Below, one piece after another: positions 39,527 to 50,506 of a stretch of 64,000 nucleotides of DNA. The stretch lies in the NCBI GenBank assembly GCA_964291405.2, contig OZ219926.1, positions 4,608,001-4,672,000 on the forward strand, given 5' to 3'. Source of the DNA: Thermodesulfobacteriota bacterium. GTDB lineage: Bacteria > Desulfobacterota > Binatia > Bin18. The translations under genes and the position numbers were made by a program. How positions within the stretch are numbered: the stretch's first letter is position 1; every line of letters begins with the position of its first letter. The notes below the pieces were generated by a model that saw nothing but the letters and a program-made list of their open reading frames with translations, did no database searches and was not told where the DNA came from.

Positions 39527-40912
39527 ATGTCGCTCGACGGAGCGCCCAGTACGAAATTATTCGGCACGGACGGGATTCGCGGGGCGGCCAATAGTGAGCC
39601 GATAACGCCGGAGACCGCCCTGCGCGTTGGCCGCGCCCTGACTGCCATTTGCCGCAATCGTCCCGGTCACCACCGCATCGTTATCGGCACCGATACGCGT
39701 CTATCGGGTTATATGCTGGAGGCTGCGCTCGCGGCCGGCGTGTGTTCCATGGGTGGAGATGTCCTCCTCGTGGGCCCCATGCCAACACCCGGCATTGCCT
39801 TTCTTACTCGCAGCCTGCGCGCGGATGCTGGCGTGGTCATCTCTGCCTCGCATAATCCATTCCAGGATAATGGTATCAAAATCTTCTCGCGCGACGGGTT
39901 CAAGCTGCCCGATGCGGTGGAGGATGAGATATCGGAACTGGTGCTAAATCACACGATCGATGACGAGCGTCCCACAGCCGGGTCCATCGGGAAAGCGGTC
40001 CGTATTGATGATGCCCTTGACCGCTATCAGACGTGTGTCAAAAATGCTTTTCCACGCCATCTCAGGCTGGACGGTATAAAAGTGGTGATCGACTGTGCCA
40101 ATGGCGCTGCCTATAACATAGCGCCAGCGGTGTTGGCCGAGCTTGGCGCTGAGGTGATTCCGATAGGGACAGCGCCGAACGGCACAAATATCAACCTTGA
40201 CTGCGGGGCGTTATATCCACAGCGGGTGCAACAGCTTGTCCGTGAGCACAGTGCCCAGGTCGGTATTACCCTGGACGGCGATGCCGACCGAGCCATTCTG
40301 GTTGACGAGACCGGAGCAATCGTTGACGGTGATGCCATACTGGCCATTGCCGCCCAAGCGCATCTCCAGCAGGGCACGCTACCCCACAAGACGATAGTAG
40401 CGACCGTGATGAGTAATCTGGGCCTTGAGATTGCGCTGCGTCAGATGGGCGGCAAACTGGTCCGGACCCCGGTTGGCGATCGCTATGTTGTGGAGGAGAT
40501 GCTCCGGGGGGGATATCGCATTGGTGGCGAACAATCCGGCCATATTATCTTCCTGGATATGAACACAACGGGCGATGGCATCGTCACCTTTCTTGCTCTG
40601 CTAGCAATCCTCGTCCAGAGACAGCAGCCGCTCTCGGATATTCGCCAACTCGTGCGGCGTTATCCTCAGACGCTTATCAATGTGCGCGTCCGAGAGCGAC
40701 AGGATTTGCGGACCATCGAACCGGTGTCACACGTCATCCAGCAGGTCACCGACAAACTGGGCGAGACTGGACGGCTCCTCGTCCGCTATTCCGGGACTGA
40801 GCCGCTGCTGCGGATCATGGTCGAGGGTGAAGACGAAAGCCTGGTTCGCGCCTATGGTGAGGAGGTCGCTGACGCCGTGCGGACCCACCTTGGGGCAGGG
40901 GAATCTGCCTAA
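39527..40912 (+). CDS. glmM: Phosphoglucosamine mutase
   Basis: [35 protein letters not shown]. Confidence 0.96.
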   Translation: MSLDGAPSTKLFGTDGIRGAANSEPITPETALRVGRALTAICRNRPGHHRIVIGTDTRLSGYMLEAALAAGVCSMGGDVLLVGPMPTPGIAFLTRSLRADAGVVISASHNPFQDNGIKIFSRDGFKLPDAVEDEISELVLNHTIDDERPTAGSIGKAVRIDDALDRYQTCVKNAFPRHLRLDGIKVVIDCANGAAYNIAPAVLAELGAEVIPIGTAPNGTNINLDCGALYPQRVQQLVREHSAQVGITLDGDADRAILVDETGAIVDGDAILAIAAQAHLQQGTLPHKTIVATVMSNLGLEIALRQMGGKLVRTPVGDRYVVEEMLRGGYRIGGEQSGHIIFLDMNTTGDGIVTFLALLAILVQRQQPLSDIRQLVRRYPQTLINVRVRERQDLRTIEPVSHVIQQVTDKLGETGRLLVRYSGTEPLLRIMVEGEDESLVRAYGEEVADAVRTHLGAGESA

Positions 40913-40923
40913 AGGATTGTCTC

Positions 40924-42516
40924 ATGTATCTCGTCTCTGCCGCCCAGATGCGTGAGCTTGATCGGCTCACAATCGAGAAATATGACACCCCCGGTCATGT
41001 CCTGATGGAACGGGCGGGTAGCGGCGCGGTGCAGGCTCTGCTCGACTTTTTTGAGAAGCGGCCCAAACGAGTGGTCGTGGTCGCCGGAAGAGGCAATAAC
41101 GGTGGCGACGGCTTTGTCATGGCCCGCCTGCTGAAACAGCAGGACATCGCGTGTGAGGTGATTCTTGCCGCCAAAAAGAGAGAGGTGAGGGATGATGCCG
41201 GGCGCAATTTGCAGGCGTTCTTGCGCCTCAGAGGTCGAGTCGAAGAAGTGACCGAACTGGAGCAGATACCTGCCGTCGAGAAGCGACTCGAACGCTGCGA
41301 TGTGATCGTTGACGCCCTGCTTGGGACAGGGCTGAATACCGCGGTGCGAGGTATCCAAGCCGCGCTCATCGCCGGCATGAATACCCGCGGTGTGCCCATT
41401 GTGTCAGTTGATATACCGTCCGGTTTGCATGCCGATTCCGGACAACCCGTAGGCTGTGCCGTTGAGGCGGCGCTAACGGTGACCTTCGGCTATCCCAAGC
41501 TCGGCCAGGTGCTCTATCCTGGGACGGTTCAGGTTGGACAACTCGCCTGTGTTGACATCGGGATCGCTCCACAAGCGCTGGCCGAGGTTGCGCCTCAGCT
41601 GTACGTCCTGACCCGCCGCGAGGTGGGTGGACAGATACGCGCCCGTCATCCCGAGTCGCATAAGGGCGATTTTGGTCACTTGCTGGTTCTCGCCGGCGCG
41701 CGTGGAAAGAGCGGCGCGGCCGTGTTAAGCGCCTCTGCCGCCCTACGGACCGGAACCGGTCTGGTCACCTTAGCCGGCCCACAAGGGCTCATACCCATAT
41801 TCTCCTCGGTTTTGCTCGAAGCCATGACCGCCCCTCAGCCCGAGCGTGCAGACGGCAGTCTGAGACTGAACGCGCGCGTATTAAGTCAGGTGCTGCACGG
41901 AAAAAGCGCCCTCGTTTTTGGACCCGGCATCGGTGTATCTGCTGAAACGAAGCGTATGGCGCGCTGGCTCCTCAAAAACAGCCCAGTCCCCCTGCTTATC
42001 GATGCCGACGGGCTGAACTGTGTAGCGTCTCAGGTGGCTATGCTGAAAACAGCCCAGGTGCCGGTCGTGCTCACCCCCCATCCCGGAGAAATGTCTCGGT
42101 TGACCGCACTGTCAACCTCAGACATACAAGCCCAGCGACTGGAGATTGCACGTCAGTTTGCCACTCGACACGGTTGCTATCTTGTCCTCAAGGGTGCCCG
42201 GAGCATTATCGCTGCCCCCGACGGTCGGGCCTGGATCAATCCAACCGGGAATCCGGGTATGGCCAGCGGTGGCATGGGCGACGTCCTGTCCGGCATTATC
42301 GGCGGCCTGCTCGCCCAAGGCTATGCGCCCGATGAGGCGTGTTGCCTCGGCGTGTTTCTCCACGGGGCTGCCGCCGATACCTTTGCCCAACACCATGGTC
42401 AGGCCGGGTTGCTGGCACGCGACGTGATTGACAACCTGCCAGACACACTGCACGCCCTCTCCCGGGCTAGTCAGAGCGATGCGCATGCCGCATATTATTC
42501 CGACATTCTCGGCTGA
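40924..42516 (+). CDS. nnr: Bifunctional NAD(P)HX epimerase/dehydratase
   Basis: LMERAG, GNNGGDG, VDALLGTG, SHKGDFG, LTPHPGEM, GGMGDVLSG. Confidence 0.93.
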   Translation: MYLVSAAQMRELDRLTIEKYDTPGHVLMERAGSGAVQALLDFFEKRPKRVVVVAGRGNNGGDGFVMARLLKQQDIACEVILAAKKREVRDDAGRNLQAFLRLRGRVEEVTELEQIPAVEKRLERCDVIVDALLGTGLNTAVRGIQAALIAGMNTRGVPIVSVDIPSGLHADSGQPVGCAVEAALTVTFGYPKLGQVLYPGTVQVGQLACVDIGIAPQALAEVAPQLYVLTRREVGGQIRARHPESHKGDFGHLLVLAGARGKSGAAVLSASAALRTGTGLVTLAGPQGLIPIFSSVLLEAMTAPQPERADGSLRLNARVLSQVLHGKSALVFGPGIGVSAETKRMARWLLKNSPVPLLIDADGLNCVASQVAMLKTAQVPVVLTPHPGEMSRLTALSTSDIQAQRLEIARQFATRHGCYLVLKGARSIIAAPDGRAWINPTGNPGMASGGMGDVLSGIIGGLLAQGYAPDEACCLGVFLHGAAADTFAQHHGQAGLLARDVIDNLPDTLHALSRASQSDAHAAYYSDILG

Positions 42517-42976
42517 AGAGACCATGTCCCTTGGGCGCCAGATTGGGCGTCTCCTGGCCCCCGGTATGATCCTTGGGCTGTGTGGCGACTTGGGCACGGG
42601 CAAGACCTGCCTGGTAAAAGGCATAGCGGACGGACTCGGGATTGCCCCTGAAACCATTACCAGCCCCACCTTTACTCTTGTAGCCGAACATTATAGGGGA
42701 AGGATGCCGCTCTACCATATCGATCTCTACCGGCTTGAAGGGGTAGAAGACGAAGAACTGGGCTATGAGGAATATCTCTTCGGGCACGGGGTTGCGGCTA
42801 TTGAGTGGTTTCCGTTTCTGCCGAACGGTGTACGTGATTCGCTAGAAGAATACCTGCTGATTGCGGTCGAGTACGGAGAGGAGGACAGGCGCACGCTGAC
42901 CCTGACTCCGTACGGGGAACGCTACGAGCGGCTGGTTACTCAGATATGCAGGGAGAGTAAGAAGCACCGATGTTGA
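42485..42976 (+). CDS. tsaE: tRNA t6A biosynthesis ATPase TsaE
   Basis: [24 protein letters not shown]; start uncertain (42479, 42485 or 42524). Confidence 0.93.
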   Translation: MPHIIPTFSAEETMSLGRQIGRLLAPGMILGLCGDLGTGKTCLVKGIADGLGIAPETITSPTFTLVAEHYRGRMPLYHIDLYRLEGVEDEELGYEEYLFGHGVAAIEWFPFLPNGVRDSLEEYLLIAVEYGEEDRRTLTLTPYGERYERLVTQICRESKKHRC

Positions 42977-44181
42977 TTGTCCAGAAATACGGCGGCACTT
43001 CGGTCGGCTCGATTGACCGAATCCAGGAAGTGGCCGAACGGGCAGCCGCCACGCGCGGCGCCGGTCATCAGGTCGCCGTCGTGCTGTCCGCGATGAGCGG
43101 TGAAACAAACCGCCTGCTCGCCCTGGCACGACAGATTGCCGAACAGCCCGATGCACGCGAGAGCGATGTGCTCGTCTCAACGGGTGAGCAGGTCTCGATC
43201 GCTCTGCTTGCCATGGCCCTCAAAGCGAGAGGGGTGCCGGCGGTGTCGCTGCTTGGCCATCAGGTCCAGATCGAAACCGATGCCGCCTATGGTCGGGCAC
43301 GGATTACGCAGGTCCGGACGCCACGCCTGTTGAGCACGCTGAAGGACGGCAATATTGTTGTGATCGCCGGCTTTCAGGGTGTGAACACGCAGCAGGATAT
43401 TACCACCCTGGGGCGGGGCGGCTCGGACACGACCGCGGTGGCCATTGCCGCAGCACTACAGGCGGATGTGTGTGAGATCTACACCGATGTTGACGGCGTG
43501 TATAGCGCCGACCCACGCATCTGTCCCCATGCCCATAAGCTGGAGCGTATCTCCTATGACGAGATGCTCGAACTCGCCAGTTTGGGCGCAAAAGTGCTCC
43601 AAATCCGCTCAGTAGAATTTGCCAAGCGCTACCAGGTCCCGGTGCATGTCCGCTCAAGCTTCTCGCAGGACGAAGGAACGTGGTTAGTGCCGGAGGATCA
43701 AAGTATGGAAGAGGTAACGGTCTCGGGTGTCACGTCTGATCTGGATCAGGCGAAAATCACCCTGATGCGAGTGCCTGACCGGCCAGGCCTGGCCGCCAAG
43801 CTGTTCGCACCCATTGCGCAAGACAATATCGTCGTGGACATGATCATCCAGAATGCCAGCGCAGACGAAAAGACCGATGTCACCTTTACGGTCCCGCGCG
43901 GGGATGTGCAGAAGGCGCTTGAGCGGGTTGAAAATGTGGCACCGGAGATCGGGGCAGAGGATGTTGTCTACGACACCGAAGTCGTCAAGGTCTCGATTGT
44001 GGGGCTGGGCATGCGCAGCCACGCGGGGGTGGCTTCCCGCATGTTTGAAGTGTTGGCCGCAGAAGGGATCAACATCCAGATGATTTCAACCTCGGAGATT
44101 AAAATCTCTATCGTGATTGCCGCCAAGTATGCCGAGCTGGCCGTGCGGGTGCTGCACGATGCCTTTATCTCCTCTGCCTAG
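42970..44181 (+). CDS. lysC: Aspartate kinase
   Basis: [19 protein letters not shown], two ACT domains. Confidence 0.95.
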   Translation: MLIVQKYGGTSVGSIDRIQEVAERAAATRGAGHQVAVVLSAMSGETNRLLALARQIAEQPDARESDVLVSTGEQVSIALLAMALKARGVPAVSLLGHQVQIETDAAYGRARITQVRTPRLLSTLKDGNIVVIAGFQGVNTQQDITTLGRGGSDTTAVAIAAALQADVCEIYTDVDGVYSADPRICPHAHKLERISYDEMLELASLGAKVLQIRSVEFAKRYQVPVHVRSSFSQDEGTWLVPEDQSMEEVTVSGVTSDLDQAKITLMRVPDRPGLAAKLFAPIAQDNIVVDMIIQNASADEKTDVTFTVPRGDVQKALERVENVAPEIGAEDVVYDTEVVKVSIVGLGMRSHAGVASRMFEVLAAEGINIQMISTSEIKISIVIAAKYAELAVRVLHDAFISSA

Positions 44182-44228
44182 CCAACGAGGCAGATACTCA
44201 AGACGATCGGGAAATATGTGAGAGAGTT

Positions 44229-45809
44229 ATGAACAAGACGCCCACGGTCACGCTATACGACACAACCTTACGGGACGGGTGTCAGTCTGAGGATGTTTCG
44301 CTCACCCTGGATGACAAATTACGCATTGCCCAGGAACTGGACGCCTTCGGTGTGCACTACATCGAGGGTGGCTGGCCAGGCTCGAATCCCCGCGACGAAG
44401 AGTTTTTTGAAGCGGTCAAAAAACTCGACCTGAAGCAGGCCAAGATCGCCGCCTTTGGTTCCACCCGGCGGGTGAATAGCACAGCCGCGGACGACCTGAA
44501 TATCCGCTTGCTCATACAGGCTGCCACCCCGGTGGTAACTGTTGTGGGCAAGACCTGGGACCTCCACGTTCGAGACGATCTGCGCATCTCAAAAGAGGCC
44601 AATATTGAAGTCATCGGCGATTCGATTGCCTATCTGAAGCAGCGCGTCGATGAGGTTATTTTTGATGCCGAGCACTTCTTTGACGGCTTCAAGGCCAACC
44701 CAGGCTACGCACTGGAATGCCTCACCACCGCGGCTCAGGCTGGCGCGGACATCCTGGTGTTATGCGACACGCGCGGTGGGAGCATGCCGCACGACATTCG
44801 TGCCGGTATGCAGGCAGCCTTTCAAGCGGTCGAGGTGAAGCTCGGTATTCACTGTCACAACGACTGTGAATTGGCCGTGGCAAACTCGCTCGCCGGGGTG
44901 GAAAGCGGAGCCGTTCAGGTCCAGGGAACGATTAACGGCTTTGGCGAGCGGTGTGGCAACGCCAACCTGTGTTCCGTCATTCCCAACTTACAGCTCAAGA
45001 TGGGCTACCGCTGTGTTGGTCCTCAGCAGCTCAAGCATCTCCCCCAGTTGTCTCGTCTGGTGTACGAGCTGGCCAATATCGAACCGAGTAAACGCCAGGC
45101 CTATGTCGGCGCAAGCGCCTTTGCGCACAAGGGCGGCCTGCATGTCGCTGCAGTTCAGAAAAACAGCGAAACCTATGAACACATCAACCCGGAACTGATT
45201 GGCAACACCCAGCGCGTGCTGGTCTCCGACCTATCCGGGCGGAGCAATGTTCTGTACAAGGCCAAAGAGTTCGGCCTGGATATCGAGAGCGCCGATCCCG
45301 CGGTCAAGAACATCCTGAATGAGGTCAAGCAGCTTGAGCACTCAGGCTTTCAGTACGAAGGGGCCGAGGCCTCGTTTGAGCTCCTCATGCGTAAAGCCCT
45401 GAATGGCACGGTCCGCCATTTTCGTCTCATCGGGTTTCGGGTGATAGACGAAAAACGGAAAGAGGATGAGCCGCCACTGTCCGAAGCCACCATTATGCTG
45501 GAAGGGCCGGACGGCCAGATAGAGCATACCGCAGCCCAGGGCAATGGGCCGGTCAATGCCCTGGACCAGGCCCTACGCAAAGCCCTGACTAAATTTTATC
45601 CCCAACTCGAATCGGTCGAACTGCACGACTATAAAGTCCGGGTCTTGGGTGCGGGCGAGGGGACCAGCGCCACGGTGCGGGTTCTGATTGAATCCGGTGA
45701 TGAAACCGACCGGTGGGGAACCGTGGGCGTGTCTCATAATGTCATAGAGGCAAGCTGGCAGGCACTGGTGGACAGCATGGAGTTCAAGCTGCAAAAAGAT
45801 ACCCACTGA
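44229..45809 (+). CDS. cimA: Citramalate synthase
   Basis: [35 protein letters not shown]-terminal regulatory domain GNGPVNALD. Confidence 0.9.
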   Translation: MNKTPTVTLYDTTLRDGCQSEDVSLTLDDKLRIAQELDAFGVHYIEGGWPGSNPRDEEFFEAVKKLDLKQAKIAAFGSTRRVNSTAADDLNIRLLIQAATPVVTVVGKTWDLHVRDDLRISKEANIEVIGDSIAYLKQRVDEVIFDAEHFFDGFKANPGYALECLTTAAQAGADILVLCDTRGGSMPHDIRAGMQAAFQAVEVKLGIHCHNDCELAVANSLAGVESGAVQVQGTINGFGERCGNANLCSVIPNLQLKMGYRCVGPQQLKHLPQLSRLVYELANIEPSKRQAYVGASAFAHKGGLHVAAVQKNSETYEHINPELIGNTQRVLVSDLSGRSNVLYKAKEFGLDIESADPAVKNILNEVKQLEHSGFQYEGAEASFELLMRKALNGTVRHFRLIGFRVIDEKRKEDEPPLSEATIMLEGPDGQIEHTAAQGNGPVNALDQALRKALTKFYPQLESVELHDYKVRVLGAGEGTSATVRVLIESGDETDRWGTVGVSHNVIEASWQALVDSMEFKLQKDTH

Positions 45810-45810
45810 T

Positions 45811-46800
45811 ATGGCCGAACAATCGAGCCCGCTCGTCCACGCCGTCATTGGCGGAGCGCTGATGGGACTGGCCAATCTCGTTCCTGGTATCAGTGGCGGC
45901 ACCATGCTACTGATCACTGGCGTCTATCCCGGCTTTATTGGGGCCATAGCTGAAGTCACGACATTGCGCTGGCGTTGGTCGTCTGTGGTGCTGCTGGGTA
46001 CGATTGGCGCCGCCGCAATCCTGGCCATTCTGCTCCTTGCCGGGCCCACCAAAACACTGGTTATTACGCACCGCTGGATCATGTACAGCCTGTTCATTGG
46101 CCTCACGCTGGGGAGCGTGCCGCTCCTGTGGCGTCTTGCTCAGCCGGTGTCGCCGCGCTTTTTCACCAGCGCCGGGGTCACTTTTCTGCTGATGGTCCTG
46201 CTCGCCTTTGGAACGCCGATACAAACGGGACCAGGAGATGAATCGCTCGGCTTACTCTTTCTTGCCGGTCTGGCTGGGGCCAGTGCCATGGTACTGCCCG
46301 GTATATCCGGGGGCTATCTCCTCCTCTTGCTCGGCCAATATGTGCCCATCCTCAGGAGTATAGAAAAACTGCGCCTGGGCCTGTTTGGAGCGGGCGAGCA
46401 GGCCGGGTTGCACTGGCCCCTGGTTCACGAGGCGTTATGGGTCGTCATCCCGGTCGGCCTTGGCGTGGTAGCGGGCATTGTCGGGGTCAGCAATCTCATC
46501 CGCTGGTTGCTGAAACACCACCGAACGGCCACACTCGGTGCCCTCATGGGCCTGGTACTTGGGGCCATTGTTGGCCTGTGGCCATTTCAGGCCGGCGTCC
46601 CGCCTCAGGTGGGCGAGCGGATACACGGTCAGGTGGTCACCTCGGAAACACGCTCCCGGATCGATGTCGAAGACTGGTCAGTCCGGCGGTTTTCGCCCAG
46701 CGGCGGGCAGATAGGCGCTGCGCTGGGACTGATCGTTCTGGGAGCGGGCACAACGCTTGGCCTGGATCGACTTAAGAACCGCGCTGCTCCGGCGCGCTGA
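45811..46800 (+). CDS. DUF368 membrane protein (putative undecaprenyl-phosphate translocase)
   Basis: Twin motifs MGLANLVPGISGGT and AMVLPGISG. Confidence 0.88.
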   Translation: MAEQSSPLVHAVIGGALMGLANLVPGISGGTMLLITGVYPGFIGAIAEVTTLRWRWSSVVLLGTIGAAAILAILLLAGPTKTLVITHRWIMYSLFIGLTLGSVPLLWRLAQPVSPRFFTSAGVTFLLMVLLAFGTPIQTGPGDESLGLLFLAGLAGASAMVLPGISGGYLLLLLGQYVPILRSIEKLRLGLFGAGEQAGLHWPLVHEALWVVIPVGLGVVAGIVGVSNLIRWLLKHHRTATLGALMGLVLGAIVGLWPFQAGVPPQVGERIHGQVVTSETRSRIDVEDWSVRRFSPSGGQIGAALGLIVLGAGTTLGLDRLKNRAAPAR

Positions 46801-46825
46801 GCGCGTCTTGCCCTGGCCTTATTCC

Positions 46826-46854
46826 TTGACAAAGCGGCGCGGGCGTCTGACAAT
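46826..46854 (+). promoter_or_regulatory. Putative sigma70 promoter
   Basis: TTGACA-N17-GACAAT upstream of the LysM/M23 gene. Confidence 0.5.
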
Positions 46855-46910
46855 AATTCATAGCGCGCATGATTGCGGGCGAATAGTTTGCTCTAGGAGA
46901 GGAAGAAGCA

Positions 46911-47657
46911 GTGTGGCGGTGGGGTGGAGTGGTCCTGGGCGTCTTCCTATGTGTACTGGTCGGTCTTTCAGCGTGTTCCCGCAGCCAGTACAGATATCAC
47001 GTCGTTCGGCCCGGTGAGACGCTGTCCGAGATCGGGTATGCGTACCGCATTCCGTATCAGAAGCTGGCAGCGCTGAACGGGATACGCAATCCGGACCGTA
47101 TAGAGGCCGGACAACGCCTGCGTATGCCGCCCGGAGCCAGATACAACAGGTCCAGAGCGGCAACAGCCCGGTCTTCCCGCTCCAGGCACGAGAAGAGGCA
47201 GGCCCGGTCACGCTGGAGGTCGAAAGCGCCCGCCGCTCACCAGCCCATTCCCAAGGATACGGAAAAGCTCTTCAGTTGGCCGCTCAGTGGAAGGTTGACC
47301 TCCCGTTTCGGTCCGCGTAATGGGAGCTTCCACGATGGTATCGACATTGCCGCCCCGGCCGGCACCCCGGTCCGTGCGGCAGCCGCAGGGCGGGTCATCT
47401 TTAGCGACGCATTACGCGGCTATGGCAATGTTGTTATTGTGAAGCACGCCAATGGCTTCACCACCGTGTACGCGCACCATCGCCGTAATCTCGTGAAAGA
47501 CGGCCAGATAGTCCAGCGGGGCGAGATTATCGGCGAAGTTGGAGAAAGCGGCCGGGTAACCGGCCCCAGCTTACACTTTGAGGTCCGCAGTGGTAAAAAC
47601 GCCCGCAACCCGCTCCATTATTTGACCCCCGTGCGCCACGCGACACAGCAGAAATAA
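46911..47657 (+). CDS. LysM + M23 peptidase lipoprotein (NlpD-like)
   Basis: Lipobox LSAC, LysM domain, HDGID, YAH, LHFE. Confidence 0.9.
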   Translation: MWRWGGVVLGVFLCVLVGLSACSRSQYRYHVVRPGETLSEIGYAYRIPYQKLAALNGIRNPDRIEAGQRLRMPPGARYNRSRAATARSSRSRHEKRQARSRWRSKAPAAHQPIPKDTEKLFSWPLSGRLTSRFGPRNGSFHDGIDIAAPAGTPVRAAAAGRVIFSDALRGYGNVVIVKHANGFTTVYAHHRRNLVKDGQIVQRGEIIGEVGESGRVTGPSLHFEVRSGKNARNPLHYLTPVRHATQQK

Positions 47658-47695
47658 AACCGGACAAGGATAAACCAGAGATTGAGGAGACGCGC

Positions 47696-48217
47696 ATGCC
47701 GGACTTGAAAACATTGATTCGTGAGGTCCCGGATTTTCCCCAACCGGGTATCCTCTTTAAGGACATTACGCCCTTACTCACCAATGGGCCGGCCTGGCAG
47801 CAGGTAATAGACCAACTCGCCGACCGGTATCGAAACAAAATCGATGTCGTTCTGGGGATTGAGTCGCGTGGGTTTCTCTTTGGCTCGGCACTGGCCTATG
47901 CGTTGGGCTGTGGCCATGCTCTGGTTCGCAAACCCGGCAAGCTGCCGGCAGCAACCTTTGCGGCAAGCTACGAACTCGAGTATGGAACGGACACGGTAGA
48001 GATTCATCAGGATGCATTCCCGCCGAACAGTCGCGTCTTGCTGATCGATGATCTCTTGGCAACCGGTGGCACGGCACAAGCCGCCCTTTCGCTGGCGGAA
48101 AAACTCCAGGCCCACATCGTGGAGGCCGCCTTTTTGATAGAGCTGTCCTTTTTGGGTGGCCGAGAACGCCTTGCCCCGCATGCCGTCTTTTCCTTTATCC
48201 AGTATGACGGGGAATGA
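47696..48217 (+). CDS. apt: Adenine phosphoribosyltransferase
   Basis: PDFPQPGILFKDITP, ESRGF, LIDDLLATGGT. Confidence 0.96.
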   Translation: MPDLKTLIREVPDFPQPGILFKDITPLLTNGPAWQQVIDQLADRYRNKIDVVLGIESRGFLFGSALAYALGCGHALVRKPGKLPAATFAASYELEYGTDTVEIHQDAFPPNSRVLLIDDLLATGGTAQAALSLAEKLQAHIVEAAFLIELSFLGGRERLAPHAVFSFIQYDGE

Positions 48218-48281
48218 GGGCGCCGGCCGACAGTGGTACACGTTGCTGGACTCCTGGCTGTGATTAAAGCATAAGGCATAC

Positions 48282-49148
48282 GTGGCGGCCTATTTTCTTC
48301 TCTTTGGCGTGGTGTGTTTATGGGCAATGAATTTCCCGGCCGGGAAGTTCATGCTGGGCGCGGTTGGGCCGCTGACCTTGATTGCTCTCCGCACGGTCGT
48401 CGGCGCGGTGCTCCTGACGCTCATGGGCTGGAAGTCGCAGCCCGATTGGTGGGCGGAACTCCGAAAAGACCTGAGAAGTACGGTCGTGATGACCCTCACC
48501 GGCGTGATTGGAGCCGGAACGCTTTTTTATATTGGCCTCAAGACGACATCCGCCTCGAATGCGGGGATTATCGCCGCCTCCACCCCGATGTGGGTTGCCC
48601 TCTTTTCCTGGGCCTTCTTGAAGGAGCAGCTTTCCCTTATCAATGTCTCGGGTATTCTGCTGTCCTTTGTGGGCCTTGTTGCCATTATTTGTCAGGGCTC
48701 TCTGGATATTCTCTTTGATCTGTCTTTGAATTGGGGAGATTTATATATCCTGCTCGGCCAAATCAGTTGGTCGTCGTATACCGTCTATAGTCGGGTGGCA
48801 CTGGCGCACCGTTCGGCGGCCGCGGCAACGGCGAGTTCATATATCGCCGGGACCTTTATTTTGGTCCCGCTGTGTCTGATCGAAGCGCCGTTCAGCGCCG
48901 TCTTTGATTTTTCACCTCTCGTCCTGATCGCCCTCGGCTTTCTCTCGGTGCTGTCTCCGATGACGAATCTCCTGTACTACCAGGCCCTGACCAGAGTGAG
49001 TCCCCACCGGGCGGCGGTGTTCATGAACCTCATTCCGATCATCACGATGATCTCATCAGCAATTTTTCTCGGAGAACAGATCACGCGAGTACAGATCACC
49101 GGGACTGCCTGCGTGATCGGCGGCGTTGTACTGACGACAAAGCAGTGA
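48282..49148 (+). CDS. DMT/EamA family transporter
   Basis: About 10 TM segments, two EamA repeats, FLKE/FLGE motifs. Confidence 0.88.
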   Translation: MAAYFLLFGVVCLWAMNFPAGKFMLGAVGPLTLIALRTVVGAVLLTLMGWKSQPDWWAELRKDLRSTVVMTLTGVIGAGTLFYIGLKTTSASNAGIIAASTPMWVALFSWAFLKEQLSLINVSGILLSFVGLVAIICQGSLDILFDLSLNWGDLYILLGQISWSSYTVYSRVALAHRSAAAATASSYIAGTFILVPLCLIEAPFSAVFDFSPLVLIALGFLSVLSPMTNLLYYQALTRVSPHRAAVFMNLIPIITMISSAIFLGEQITRVQITGTACVIGGVVLTTKQ

Positions 49149-49259
49149 TGTCCCGTTCCGGTTCTCACTGCGTAATATACAGATGCGCTTGCGAGGGGAG
49201 GGGCCTATCAGCTAAATCGATAGGACTAAAAGGGTAATCCCTCCACGGAGGAGCAAACT

Positions 49260-49931
49260 ATGCAGGAGCCTTCTCGTCCAGTTGAGGTGCAAAAGCTTCG
49301 TCGAGCGAAGCGCTCACGAGAAAATTTGATGAAGGGAACGGCGCTTCTCCTTCTGATTATCCTCGGCACGACAACCCTGCTGCGATCCTTTGGTCCGAGT
49401 TCCATTTTGTGGCTGGCGGGTGGCGTTGGAGCCTGGTTGCTCATCAGTACTTTTGCACGTCGTCGCCCCAGTGCCGCTGAACGCTCTCGACAAGCGGAAG
49501 CGTCTCAACAGGTTGAAACCGATCAGATGGAGGGGCCAGAATTCCTGGAACAGGCCATTGGCGTCCTTCAGGCGCAAGGGTATGAAACGCAGATACAGAA
49601 CGTGTCCGATGACTCAGCTACCTATCTACAGCTTGACAGAGGTGACGAACGGGTCTGGTGTCTGGTCGAATATGCACCGGTGGACGAGGCGGTGCTTGAC
49701 GCGGCCCGTGAGGCGTTGAAAAAGACCGACTGCAACCAGGTTATGGTCCTGAGCCCGCACAAATCGTCAGCGCAAGTGCAGGTAGCCGCATTGCAGCAGG
49801 GCGTGGTGCTGATCGACCAGGACGAGTTTTTGAGATTGCGGTCCTTGCAGGTAAAGGGGCATCGCGTTCATGCCTTTCGTTCCGGTGAGGCGCGCCAAAC
49901 CCCCACCCGCATACCCCGCCGCAAACGCTAG
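49260..49931 (+). CDS. Membrane-anchored degenerate Mrr-like restriction endonuclease domain protein
   Basis: Two TM segments, then DQMEGPEF..L..QGY and GVVLIDQDE, typical Mrr_cat framing; catalytic D and QxK not evident. Confidence 0.55.
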   Translation: MQEPSRPVEVQKLRRAKRSRENLMKGTALLLLIILGTTTLLRSFGPSSILWLAGGVGAWLLISTFARRRPSAAERSRQAEASQQVETDQMEGPEFLEQAIGVLQAQGYETQIQNVSDDSATYLQLDRGDERVWCLVEYAPVDEAVLDAAREALKKTDCNQVMVLSPHKSSAQVQVAALQQGVVLIDQDEFLRLRSLQVKGHRVHAFRSGEARQTPTRIPRRKR

Positions 49932-49950
49932 TCGGCGGTCGTGTGTCGTC

Positions 49951-50493
49951 ATGCTGACTTTTATTTCCGGGAATACCAACAAGGTTCGGGAATGCGAACG
50001 TCTGCTTGGTGCGACGCTGGCGTATGCGTCGCTGCCGCTCGACGAAATTCAGTCTATTGACCCACTGCCGGTCGTCGAGCACAAGGCCCGGCTGGCCTAC
50101 ACCGCACTTAGCCGCCCCGTCCTGGTTGAAGACACGGGTTTGGCCTTTGCCGCCTGGAATGGGTTGCCCGGCGCGTTAATCAAATGGTTTCTCAGCAGTC
50201 TTGGTCCCGAGGGCCTGTGTCGGATGATGCGGGCGGAGACGAATCGGGCGGCAACGGCCACAACGCTGCTTGGCTATTGTGACGGTGAAAGCGTGCGCAC
50301 CTTTGTCGGCACAGTCCAGGGTTCCATTCCCTATCAGCCGCGGGGCACACAAGGGTTTGGCTGGGATGCGATTTTTCAGCCAGAGGCGAGTGCTCTCACT
50401 TTTGCCGAAATGAGCGCCGCAGAAAAAGATCGTTTTTCCATGCGACGCAAGGCGCTTGAGGCATTCCAGGCATCGGGTCTGCTGGCTGGCTGA
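49951..50493 (+). CDS. Non-canonical purine NTP pyrophosphatase (Ham1/ITPase family)
   Basis: SGNTNKVRE, EIQ, VEDTGL, NGLPG, FGWD, SMR. Confidence 0.9.
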   Translation: MLTFISGNTNKVRECERLLGATLAYASLPLDEIQSIDPLPVVEHKARLAYTALSRPVLVEDTGLAFAAWNGLPGALIKWFLSSLGPEGLCRMMRAETNRAATATTLLGYCDGESVRTFVGTVQGSIPYQPRGTQGFGWDAIFQPEASALTFAEMSAAEKDRFSMRRKALEAFQASGLLAG

Positions 50494-50506
50494 GCCGTTG
50501 ACCTGC

